From NCBI GenBank assembly GCA_965657355.1, contig CBFHOE010000001.1, positions 11,066-21,151 on the forward strand: a stretch of DNA of 10,086 nucleotides. The letters run 5' to 3'. The translations under genes were made by a program, and so were the position numbers. The DNA is from Limisphaerales bacterium. GTDB lineage: Bacteria > Verrucomicrobiota > Verrucomicrobiia > Limisphaerales > JAJOIW01. The notes below the pieces were generated by a model. It was not told the origin of the DNA. It did no database searches and saw nothing but the letters and a program-made list of their open reading frames with translations. This document shows, piece by piece, positions 1 through 10,082 of the stretch. How positions within the stretch are numbered: position 1 is the stretch's first letter; the number at the start of each line of letters is the position of its first letter.

Positions 1-1
1 C

Positions 2-868
2 TACACAGCTCGGGCCAACTTAAAACCAGTCATATTGACTGGAAGGATGCCATTAGGCCTTCTGACAACAACGACCGTAGTTGAGAATTTTCCAGGATTC
101 CCTGATGGCATCGACGGTTTCCAGCTCATGCAGAATTTACAAAAACAGGCCGAAAGGTTTGGTGCTGGGGTTAAATTCGGTGCTGTTGAGTCAGTGGATT
201 TGTCCTCGCAACCTTTTAAACTTACCGTCGACGGACAGGAGATGGAGTCCAAGACAATAATTATTGCAAGCGGAGCTGGTCACAGGAAGTTGGGTTTAGA
301 AAATGAAGTTCGTTTGGAAAACAAAGGGGTAACATATTGTGCCACTTGCGATGGAGCCCTTCCAATATTCAGAGACAAACCGCTTGTGGTGGTTGGAGGC
401 GGGGACACTGCTTGTGAGGAGGCTTCCTATCTTACCCATTTCGGGTCCCAAGTCTACCTTATCCACCGAAGAGACAAACTTCGCGCATCAAAAATAATGG
501 CTGAGCGCGTTCTCAATCATCCAAAAATAACAATGGTTTGGGATTCTGAAGTTGAGGATATCCTGGGAGATGAACTCGTGTCTGGAATTAAGGTCAAAAA
601 TAACAAAACAGGGGAAGAATCCGAGATAACTTGTGCAGGTGTTTTTATAGCCATAGGGCACATCCCCAATACGCAGATTTTTAAAGATCAGCTAGAGCTC
701 GATAACCACGGGTATGTCCTTCTCAAAGGAGGGGCCAAGACAAGTGTTGAAGGCGTTTTTGTTGCCGGGGATTGTGCAGATTCAGTTTACCGACAAGCGA
801 TCACTGCTGCCGGAATGGGGTGTTCTGCAGCTATTGATGCGGAGCGATATCTCGCAAGTCAAAACTAA
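2..868 (+). CDS. trxB: Thioredoxin-disulfide reductase (low-Mr bacterial TrxR), 5'-truncated by the window edge
   Basis: The frame is open from base 2 (YTARANLKPVILTG...), so the track start at 35 is not the true start. Motifs: TTTTVVENFPG, redox CATC (338-349), NADPH-binding GGGDTACEEA and HRRDKLRAS, FAD-binding TSVEGVFVAGD, YRQAITAAGMGC. Stop TAA at 866-868. Confidence 0.97.
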   Translation, partial: YTARANLKPVILTGRMPLGLLTTTTVVENFPGFPDGIDGFQLMQNLQKQAERFGAGVKFGAVESVDLSSQPFKLTVDGQEMESKTIIIASGAGHRKLGLENEVRLENKGVTYCATCDGALPIFRDKPLVVVGGGDTACEEASYLTHFGSQVYLIHRRDKLRASKIMAERVLNHPKITMVWDSEVEDILGDELVSGIKVKNNKTGEESEITCAGVFIAIGHIPNTQIFKDQLELDNHGYVLLKGGAKTSVEGVFVAGDCADSVYRQAITAAGMGCSAAIDAERYLASQN

Positions 869-878
869 TACAATTTTA

Positions 879-1193
879 ATGACATCGAGAGAACTTAAAT
901 CGTTGCTTGATTCAAAAGAGATCCTCACATTGCTTGATGTTCGAGAGGAAAATGAGAGGGAATTTGCTAAAATTTCTCCATCAGAGTGGGTTCCGATGGG
1001 ACAGATTCCGGAAAAGATGGATGATTTAAATCAGTTTAAATCATCCTCCGTCGTCGTCTATTGTCACCATGGTATTCGAAGTGCTCATGTTGTAAGTTAT
1101 TTGAGGGCCAACGGTTTCGATAGTGTCCACAATTTGGAAGGTGGCATTGAAAGTTGGTCGACTGAAATTGATCCCAGTGTTCCAAGATATTGA
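879..1193 (+). CDS. Single-domain rhodanese/sulfurtransferase (104 aa)
   Basis: ATG at 879, 10 nt after the trxB stop. LLDVRE..E, active-site loop VYCHHGIRS, NLEGGIESW and C-terminal IDPSVPRY are typical rhodanese motifs. The longer ORF start at 714 overlaps trxB and is rejected. Confidence 0.93.
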   Translation: MTSRELKSLLDSKEILTLLDVREENEREFAKISPSEWVPMGQIPEKMDDLNQFKSSSVVVYCHHGIRSAHVVSYLRANGFDSVHNLEGGIESWSTEIDPSVPRY

Positions 1194-1208
1194 AAAGTGA
1201 ATTAATTC

Positions 1209-1865
1209 ATGAGGAAAACAACGATTCAGAGAAAGACTGGGGAAACCCAGATTGATTGTCATCTCAATATAGACGGAACAGGAGCATCCAAGCTAGATAC
1301 CGGTATTCCATTTTTTGATCATATGTTGGATGCTTTCACTCGTCATAGCATTATTGATTTAGATTTGAAGTGCCATGGGGACTTGCATATAGATTATCAC
1401 CATACTGTTGAGGATGTTGGGATTGTTCTTGGGCAGGCTTTTTTGAAAGCACTTGGCGATAAAGCAGGTATTCGTCGATATGGTACGGGATTTGATCCAC
1501 GAAACCCATTGACGGGTGAAGCTTTTGTTCCGATGGATGAGACGCTGGCGCGCTGTGTCATTGATTTTAGTGGCCGACCTTACATGGTCTGGAAGGGGTT
1601 CCAAGATTACTCTTTTTCTACGGTCACCATGGAGCAAAGGAACCAAGACGACTCCTCGAAATTTAGGTTCGGTTTGGCTAGAGAGTTTTTTCAAGGGTTT
1701 GCTAACGAAGCACGTTGTAATCTTCATTTGGAGCTGCTTTATGGAGAAGAACCCCATCACGTTGTCGAGGCTCTTTTCAAGTCCTTTGCACGCGCTGTTG
1801 ATTTCGCCTGCCAGCAAGACCCTAGGATTCAAGGAACACTTCCTTCAACGAAAGGGGCTCTTTGA
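1209..1865 (+). CDS. hisB: Imidazoleglycerol-phosphate dehydratase (monofunctional)
   Basis: RKTGETQI, TGIPFFDHML, GDLHIDYHHTVEDVGI, PMDE, SGRPY, HHVVEALFK and C-terminal PSTKGAL are IGPD signatures. No N-terminal histidinol-phosphatase domain. Confidence 0.97.
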   Translation: MRKTTIQRKTGETQIDCHLNIDGTGASKLDTGIPFFDHMLDAFTRHSIIDLDLKCHGDLHIDYHHTVEDVGIVLGQAFLKALGDKAGIRRYGTGFDPRNPLTGEAFVPMDETLARCVIDFSGRPYMVWKGFQDYSFSTVTMEQRNQDDSSKFRFGLAREFFQGFANEARCNLHLELLYGEEPHHVVEALFKSFARAVDFACQQDPRIQGTLPSTKGAL

Positions 1866-1873
1866 GTCCTTTT
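1851..1873 (+). terminator. Possible intrinsic terminator hairpin at the end of hisB
   Basis: AAAGGGGCTC-TTT-GAGTCCTTTT: core stem GGGCTC/GAGTCC (one G.U pair), 3-nt loop, then T4. It overlaps the hisB stop (TGA 1863-1865). The U-tract is short. Confidence 0.4.
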
Positions 1874-2010
1874 GGGTGGATCGAGAACATTGACTTTTAT
1901 TTGATGTTTTCGTTTTTACTTTAAAATCAACTTGAAATTGATCTCCGCCACCTCAGAACATACTCTATTCCATCCGAAGTGAGCCTCACCTACATTTTTA
2001 TTGAATAATT

Positions 2011-2628
2011 GTGGAAAGAATTGATTCCAATGATGCGAAAGATCTTGCGATCGAAAGCAAAGCCGATTCTGAGCTGGTCAGAATGGCTCAAGATGGATCC
2101 ATGCAAGCATTTGAAGAACTTGTGAATCGCCATAGAAATAAGATTTATGCTCGCGCATTTAGTATGATGCGCAACGAGGATGGCGCCATTGAAATGTCTC
2201 AATTGGCCTGGATAAGAGCTTGGCGGAAACTCAGCCAATTCAAAGGAGATTCTGCTTTTCCCACTTGGGTGACGCGTATCACAATCAATACCTGCTTAGA
2301 TGAAATCCGGAAACGCAAAAGGCACCAAGCTGAATCTATCGATGAAATGGACGAATCTGGCGGGGTTGAAAGAAAACTTCCTACTTGGGAGCCTAATCCA
2401 ACAGGGAGACTCGAGCGCCTAGAACTCAGAGCAAGTCTTGACCAAGCTCTCGGGCAATTGTCCGAGTCACATCGCTCGGTGATCATTCTTCATGAGTTTG
2501 AAGGCATGGGATACAAGGAAATAGCCGATGCAATGAATTGTTCAATAGGTACAGTCATGTCTCGATTGTTCTATGCTCGGCGAAAACTTGCGACATTATT
2601 AACCGCATTAAAAAAGGAGCTGAATTAA
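2011..2628 (+). CDS. ECF (sigma-70 group 4) RNA polymerase sigma factor, RpoE/SigW-like
   Basis: Region 2: DSELVRMAQDGSMQAFEELV...FKGDSAFPTWVTRITINTCLDEIRKR. Region 4 HTH: LSESHRSVIILHEFEGMGYKEIADAMNCSIGTVMSRLFYARRKL. GTG start at 2011 is uncertain. Confidence 0.95.
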   Translation: MERIDSNDAKDLAIESKADSELVRMAQDGSMQAFEELVNRHRNKIYARAFSMMRNEDGAIEMSQLAWIRAWRKLSQFKGDSAFPTWVTRITINTCLDEIRKRKRHQAESIDEMDESGGVERKLPTWEPNPTGRLERLELRASLDQALGQLSESHRSVIILHEFEGMGYKEIADAMNCSIGTVMSRLFYARRKLATLLTALKKELN

Positions 2629-2654
2629 TTCTAAAAATTAATCTCGAATAAAAC

Positions 2655-3389
2655 ATGAGCGACCTAATTGATCCATATCTCATGATTCAGGCATTCGTGG
2701 ATGGTGAAGCATCTCCTGAGGCAGAGGCGGAGCTGCTATCCTTGCTTGACGAGCAACCCGCCCTCAAAGAAGAACTTAATTCACTCAGAAAGCTCCTCGC
2801 GAAAATGGCTGATGTAGGAGAAATAAGCCACGAGTTCCGGGGTGATTGTGACGAATATTTTAGAACTATAATATCTCAATTTATAGGTCAGGCTTCTCTC
2901 GAAGATTTGGCAGAATTTGATCTAAATTTGCTGCAAGCTTATGTTGATGATGAATTATCCGAAGATGATAATAAAAAAGCTAAAGAGATGGTCCTGAATG
3001 ATGCCAATGCTCTCGCAGCAGTTATTTCTATTCGAGGTCAGAAAAATACGATCTCTTCGCTCGGCGAGTCGCAAATGGAATGTGTTGAAGACCGTGATTT
3101 TTATTGGTCACAGATTTCCAAACAAATTCAATCTGATATTCCCAAGTCTTCGGATACTGTGGCTAATTCGGCAAACTTTGGATTTGGTGCGCTATTAAAA
3201 TGGATTTCCAATCCTCTCACCGCTCCAGCCCTTGTGGTTGGTATTTTTTGCTTTTTTTTGGGTGGGCAACTTAATAACGCGGCCATCTATCAAGAGGTTC
3301 AGGTTTCCTCAGCCTATGTTGACTCATCCTCTGAAATCGCCGTCTATTTTGTGGATGATCCGGATTTTTTAACATCTTCGTCATATTGA
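2655..3389 (+). CDS. Putative transmembrane anti-sigma factor with two tandem anti-sigma-domain-like repeats
   Basis: Starts 26 nt after the ECF sigma stop. The anti-sigma helix motif appears twice (IQAFVDGEAS, LQAYVDDELS). Single hydrophobic segment LTAPALVVGIFCFFLGG (aa 188-204) and a ~40-aa C-terminal tail. Confidence 0.85.
   Translation: MSDLIDPYLMIQAFVDGEASPEAEAELLSLLDEQPALKEELNSLRKLLAKMADVGEISHEFRGDCDEYFRTIISQFIGQASLEDLAEFDLNLLQAYVDDELSEDDNKKAKEMVLNDANALAAVISIRGQKNTISSLGESQMECVEDRDFYWSQISKQIQSDIPKSSDTVANSANFGFGALLKWISNPLTAPALVVGIFCFFLGGQLNNAAIYQEVQVSSAYVDSSSEIAVYFVDDPDFLTSSSY
2688..3128 (+). repeat. Intragenic protein-level tandem duplication (aa 12-76 and aa 94-158, period 82 aa / 246 nt)
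   Basis: Manual ungapped alignment of 65 residues gives 16 identities, spread over QAxVDxExS, SxR, GExxxExxxDxDxY and IxxQ. Confidence 0.8.
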
Positions 3390-3431
3390 TCTGGTAAATG
3401 AGCCCAGAATAAGAGAAAAAACATAATCTAA

Positions 3432-3923
3432 ATGAAAGTTTCGGGATACACTCTAAGAATTCTTTTAAGATACGCTCTGTTAATCGTAGCTTTCTATCTG
3501 CCTGCTGTATCAAGATGCGAAGATTTCACGTCAAAAAACGTCACCTTATTCCCGCAGCTGATTTACGCCCAAAATTCCCAGAAGCCACCAAAGCTTGGCG
3601 ACCCATTTAAGGGGTCCCTTTCCAGCAAGATAAAGCGGGTTACAGGCAAAAAGTATGTTTTTGAAATCAGCCCAAAAGACAGGAAGCCGGTCACTATCAA
3701 TAAGGATAAGAAGCAATATGTTCGCTTGGGGAAGGAAGTCCGAGTTGAAATTGAAAACATCAGCGATAGTCAATTGAGTGTGACGGTCATTGATGTTAAA
3801 ACCCGAAAGGTCCTCAAAAAGCAGAAAATCCAGACGAGCATTAAGACGAACATAATTGTCGGAGCCAATTCTGAACCTAGGGTCGTTATTATTCTTACAA
3901 AGGGCACGAAAAGGCCCAGATAG
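3432..3923 (+). CDS. Hypothetical exported, lysine-rich protein (third gene of the ECF cluster)
   Basis: 163-aa ORF 42 nt after the anti-sigma stop on the same strand. The N-terminus is basic then hydrophobic (MKVSGYTLRILLRYALLIVAFYLPAVS), like a signal peptide. The mature part has alternating beta-strand-like segments. Confidence 0.8.
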   Translation: MKVSGYTLRILLRYALLIVAFYLPAVSRCEDFTSKNVTLFPQLIYAQNSQKPPKLGDPFKGSLSSKIKRVTGKKYVFEISPKDRKPVTINKDKKQYVRLGKEVRVEIENISDSQLSVTVIDVKTRKVLKKQKIQTSIKTNIIVGANSEPRVVIILTKGTKRPR

Positions 3924-4058
3924 CCAATCGGTTTTTCCTCTCCATTTGACATTTATCAAGATTCGAAGTCGAACCTTCTCCAAATAGTTTTCTAAGATTG
4001 AGAAAAATTGGTCAAATTGGCTGATTTATATTGATAATTCCTTCCGTTTTTGAGATAA

Positions 4059-6641
<2,583 letters not shown>

Positions 6642-6741
6642 GAAAATGATCGATTCCCAGGCCTATCAGTATCATTTTTACTTAAAGTAAAGATGTAAAA
6701 TATGTCTAAAACGATCGTGACCACACCTATTTAGTATTCAG

Positions 6742-9408
6742 ATGTCAGAAGAGGAAAAAAGTTCAGGCGACTCAAAAATCCGTAAAATTAATGTAGCAGA
6801 GGAGATAAAGAATTCATTTCTGGATTACTCCATGTCCGTCATTATTTCACGTGCCTTACCGGATGTAAGAGATGGCTTAAAGCCATCACAGCGCAGAATC
6901 CTATACGCGATGCAACAGCTTTCATTGTATCCGGGAAGAAAGCATTATAAGTGTGCCAAGATTTGTGGTGACACAAGCGGTGACTATCACCCGCATGGTG
7001 AGGCTGTCATTTACCCGACCCTTGTCAACATGGCCCAACCATGGTCCATGCGTGAGACTCTAGTTGATGGGCAAGGGAATTTCGGATCCGTTGAAGGAGA
7101 TCCACCAGCAGCGATGAGGTATACAGAGGCACGTATGACTCATCTGGGGGCTGCGCTGATGACCGATATGGATAAAAATACGGTTGATTTTGTTCCCAAT
7201 TATGACGAACGATTGACCGAGCCTACAGTTTTTCCGGCTGCATTTCCTAATCTTTTGGTTAACGGGGGCACTGGCATAGCAGTTGGTATGGCAACCAACA
7301 TTGCGCCTCACAACTTAATTGAAGTAATCGATGGTATCGTTGCCCAAATAGACAATCCTCAGATTACGATTCCGGAACTAACCCAATATATCAAGGGGCC
7401 AGATTTTCCAACTGGCTGCCAGATTTGTGGTGTATCTGGTATTCAAAAATATTTTGAAACAGGAAGAGGTTCAGTCAAGGTCCGAGGTAAGATTGATGTT
7501 GAACTGACAAGTAATAATAGGGAGCAACTTGTTATTACAGAAATTCCTTATGGGGTAAATAGAGCCACACTTGTTGAAAAAATTGCTCAGTTACACAGTG
7601 ATAAAATAATTAATGGAATCACTGGCTTGCGAGATGAGTCCGATGAAAACACTCGGGTTGTTGTTGAAATTCGCCGTGATGTCGTCCCTCGCGTGGTTAT
7701 CAATAACCTCTACAAACACACATCGCTTGAAACCTCATTCAGTTCCAACATGCTTGCCATTGATCACGGCAGGCCCAAGGTATTAAACCTTAAGGAAATT
7801 ATTCACTGTTACATTGAGCATAGAAGAGAAGTCATACTCAGAAGGACTCAGTTTGAATTAGATAAAGCTGAGGCACGAGCTGAGACGCTAGAAGGATATC
7901 TGATTGCCCTTGATAATTTGGATGATTTTATAAAAATCATCAGGGAATCATCGAATCGTGATGATGCGAGAAACCAACTTCTGCAATATGAGTTTTCTCG
8001 GTCCAACGTCGAACAATTGGGGATACTCATTCGGAGTGAGGCCCGACTTGTGAACGGAGTCTACAAGTTTTCCAAAACCCAGGCAGATGCGATATTAGAA
8101 TTAAGGCTTTATCAGCTTACAGGCCTTGAACAAGATAAAGTAAGGAATGAGTATTTAGCTCTCACAGAAAAAATAAAGGACCTTATCGATATTATCCAAA
8201 GAGAGGAAAGGGTTTTAAATATCATTAAGGAAGAATTGGCTGTTATTCGCGAGAAATATGGCACTCCTAGAAAAACAGATATTGTTCCAGACGAAGGTGA
8301 AATTCCGATAGAAGATCTTATTGCCAATGAGGGCGTCATTATCACCATTACGCATAATGGTTTGATAAAAAGAACTTCTGTCAACGAGTATCGCTCTCAG
8401 AGGCGTGGGGGTAAGGGAGTCAAGGGATTGACAACCAAGAAAAAACAAACGCAAGGGCAGAATGACGATTTTATCGAGCATCTTTTTACCGCCGGGGCGC
8501 ATGATTATCTTCTGTTTTTTACCAACACAGGCAGGGTGTTTCTAGAAAGAGTCTATGAGATACCTGAGATGTCGCGCACAGCAACCGGTCGCTCTATAGC
8601 CAACCTTCTTAACTTCAGAGAGAATGAAAAAGTGGCTGCTTTGATCAGGTTGGAAGCAACATATGATGATGATCGAAATGATATTACGCTTCAGCAACCC
8701 GGATATTTATTTTTCGCCACTAGCTCTGGAAAAGTAAAGAAATCATTGCTTTCTGATTACGCTAATATCCGTAAGGATGGCATAAAAGCCATTGAAATAA
8801 ACGAAGGCGATTCCCTTATACAAGTCCTTCACTCCTCTGGGGATAATAGCATCGTCTTAATTACGAGCAATGGTCTAAGTATTCGCTTTAATGAAAAAGA
8901 TGTCCGATCAATGGGGCGTGTGGCTGCGGGTGTCAAGGGAATCACATTGCGCCCAGACGACAGAGTAGTTGCTGTGTCCAAAGTCGATCTTGAGTCCACT
9001 TTGCTCGTTGCCTCCGAAAAGGGGATAGGAAAACGCAGCGTTTTCGAGGAATACCGAGTCCAAAGTCGCGGAGGAAAAGGCATCATCACAATGAAGACTG
9101 GAGACAAAACAGGCAAGGTTGTAGGAGCTCTTACCGTTCATGATGATGATGAGATTATGTTAATTTCCAGCTCCGGTCTCATGGTCAGGACCAAGGTCGA
9201 TGCCATTAGGGTTTCAGGTAGAGCCACAACAGGTGTTAAGCTATTAAACATTGGGGATGAATCAATTCTGGTTTCAATTGCTCCAGTGATTGAAGATGAA
9301 GACGAGAGTTCCGAACTCAACTCAGGAGATGAAAGCACTGAATCAGAGGAAACCTCGCCTGATAGTGAGGAAGTTAATGAGGTAGAGCCTGGAGAAACTG
9401 AAGGATAA
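6742..9408 (+). CDS. gyrA: DNA gyrase subunit A
   Basis: [18 protein letters not shown], catalytic AAMRY (Tyr127, 7120-7122), canonical GyrA-box QRRGGKG (8398-8418), beta-pinwheel repeats and an acidic tail. The GyrA-box distinguishes it from ParC. Confidence 0.98.
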   Translation: MSEEEKSSGDSKIRKINVAEEIKNSFLDYSMSVIISRALPDVRDGLKPSQRRILYAMQQLSLYPGRKHYKCAKICGDTSGDYHPHGEAVIYPTLVNMAQPWSMRETLVDGQGNFGSVEGDPPAAMRYTEARMTHLGAALMTDMDKNTVDFVPNYDERLTEPTVFPAAFPNLLVNGGTGIAVGMATNIAPHNLIEVIDGIVAQIDNPQITIPELTQYIKGPDFPTGCQICGVSGIQKYFETGRGSVKVRGKIDVELTSNNREQLVITEIPYGVNRATLVEKIAQLHSDKIINGITGLRDESDENTRVVVEIRRDVVPRVVINNLYKHTSLETSFSSNMLAIDHGRPKVLNLKEIIHCYIEHRREVILRRTQFELDKAEARAETLEGYLIALDNLDDFIKIIRESSNRDDARNQLLQYEFSRSNVEQLGILIRSEARLVNGVYKFSKTQADAILELRLYQLTGLEQDKVRNEYLALTEKIKDLIDIIQREERVLNIIKEELAVIREKYGTPRKTDIVPDEGEIPIEDLIANEGVIITITHNGLIKRTSVNEYRSQRRGGKGVKGLTTKKKQTQGQNDDFIEHLFTAGAHDYLLFFTNTGRVFLERVYEIPEMSRTATGRSIANLLNFRENEKVAALIRLEATYDDDRNDITLQQPGYLFFATSSGKVKKSLLSDYANIRKDGIKAIEINEGDSLIQVLHSSGDNSIVLITSNGLSIRFNEKDVRSMGRVAAGVKGITLRPDDRVVAVSKVDLESTLLVASEKGIGKRSVFEEYRVQSRGGKGIITMKTGDKTGKVVGALTVHDDDEIMLISSSGLMVRTKVDAIRVSGRATTGVKLLNIGDESILVSIAPVIEDEDESSELNSGDESTESEETSPDSEEVNEVEPGETEG

Positions 9409-9447
9409 TTTTAGAATCTATTTTCAATAACAAATTATTTATAGTGC

Positions 9448-9478
9448 CACCCTGATACCTAATCAGGGTGATTTTTTT
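9448..9478 (+). terminator. Rho-independent terminator of gyrBA
   Basis: Perfect 9-bp stem CACCCTGAT (9448-9456) / ATCAGGGTG (9462-9470), 5-nt loop ACCTA, followed by A and T7 (9472-9478), 39 nt after the gyrA stop. Confidence 0.8.
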
Positions 9479-10082
9479 GTTGGCGAGTCCAAAAACTGTT
9501 TTTTTCTTTTTGTGTATTGAGATTTCTTATTTCTTGAGGGTTTTTGATTTTAACTTTTTGAATTTCTAGTGAGTTGAAAATTTCTTGTAAAGAATAAGTG
9601 CCGCCTTCAACGGCATCGAAGACTTGCTTTGCACAAGCTGATGTTAATATACACGGGAAAGGCTGCGTGAAAGTCTTAGAATTGATGTGTTCGAAATAGC
9701 ATATTCCATGGGCGTCCTCCACCAAAGAAGTTATCAGGTGAGACAATGTTTTTTTATTCATAGCTGGTTGGTCAATTGTTGAAATTAACCAAGTCACATT
9801 TGGATGGATCTGCATTGCCGAAGCTATACCTCCGATAGGCCCTATGGAGGTATAATTATCGATTATCTCCAGGCTTTTTGGGATGGCGGATTCCTCATCG
9901 TTGTATTGGTCGCGACTGACGGAGATGAAAACATTTTGGCAAAAATGCTTTAATAAATTCATGGTCCATTTCCACTGAGGTATGTCTTGGTGGTATTTGA
10001 TAGAGCTCTTATTTTCACCCATTCTTTGACTGGTTCCACCGGCTAATACAAGTCCAAATATTTTGCTTCTATGAGTGATCAC
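9459..10082 (-). CDS. mobA: Molybdenum cofactor guanylyltransferase-like (MobA family NTP transferase); 5' end possibly outside the window
   Basis: GLVLAGGTSQRMGENK, IIDNYTSIGPIGGIASA, IDQP (usually CDxP) and C-terminal NLNTQKE. GTG at 10082-10080, but the frame stays open to the window edge. Confidence 0.85.
   Translation of the reverse strand: MITHRSKIFGLVLAGGTSQRMGENKSSIKYHQDIPQWKWTMNLLKHFCQNVFISVSRDQYNDEESAIPKSLEIIDNYTSIGPIGGIASAMQIHPNVTWLISTIDQPAMNKKTLSHLITSLVEDAHGICYFEHINSKTFTQPFPCILTSACAKQVFDAVEGGTYSLQEIFNSLEIQKVKIKNPQEIRNLNTQKEKNSFWTRQQKNHPD

Noticed and set aside
714..878. N-terminal extension of the rhodanese ORF in the ORF track
   Set aside because: Overlaps the conserved trxB C-terminus in another frame; the rhodanese domain begins at ATG 879.
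1359..1893. Alternative ORFs over hisB (1359-1832 -, 1516-1893 +)
   Set aside because: Shadow frames of a well-conserved gene with no recognisable motifs.
1866..2010. Autoregulatory ECF promoter, sigma-70 promoter or LexA-like box upstream of the sigma gene (AGAACAT twice, TTGACT, TAAAAT)
   Set aside because: No -35/-10 pair with convincing spacing, and the GAACA half-sites lack a palindromic TGTTC partner.
3504..3518. Lipoprotein lipobox at AVSRC in the exported protein
   Set aside because: Arg at -1 does not fit the [LVI][ASTVI][GAS]C consensus.
3546..3983. 145-aa antisense ORF opposite the exported protein
   Set aside because: The + strand ORF fits operon orientation and has a signal-peptide-like start; the antisense product has no recognisable features.
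6702..6734. 10-codon ORF (MSKTIVTTPI) just upstream of gyrA
   Set aside because: Too short to support, with no leader-peptide features.
9481..10080. Horizontal acquisition of mobA based on lower GC
   Set aside because: Hand count gives about 39% GC, which appears only slightly below the neighbouring genes, and there are no mobility signatures.
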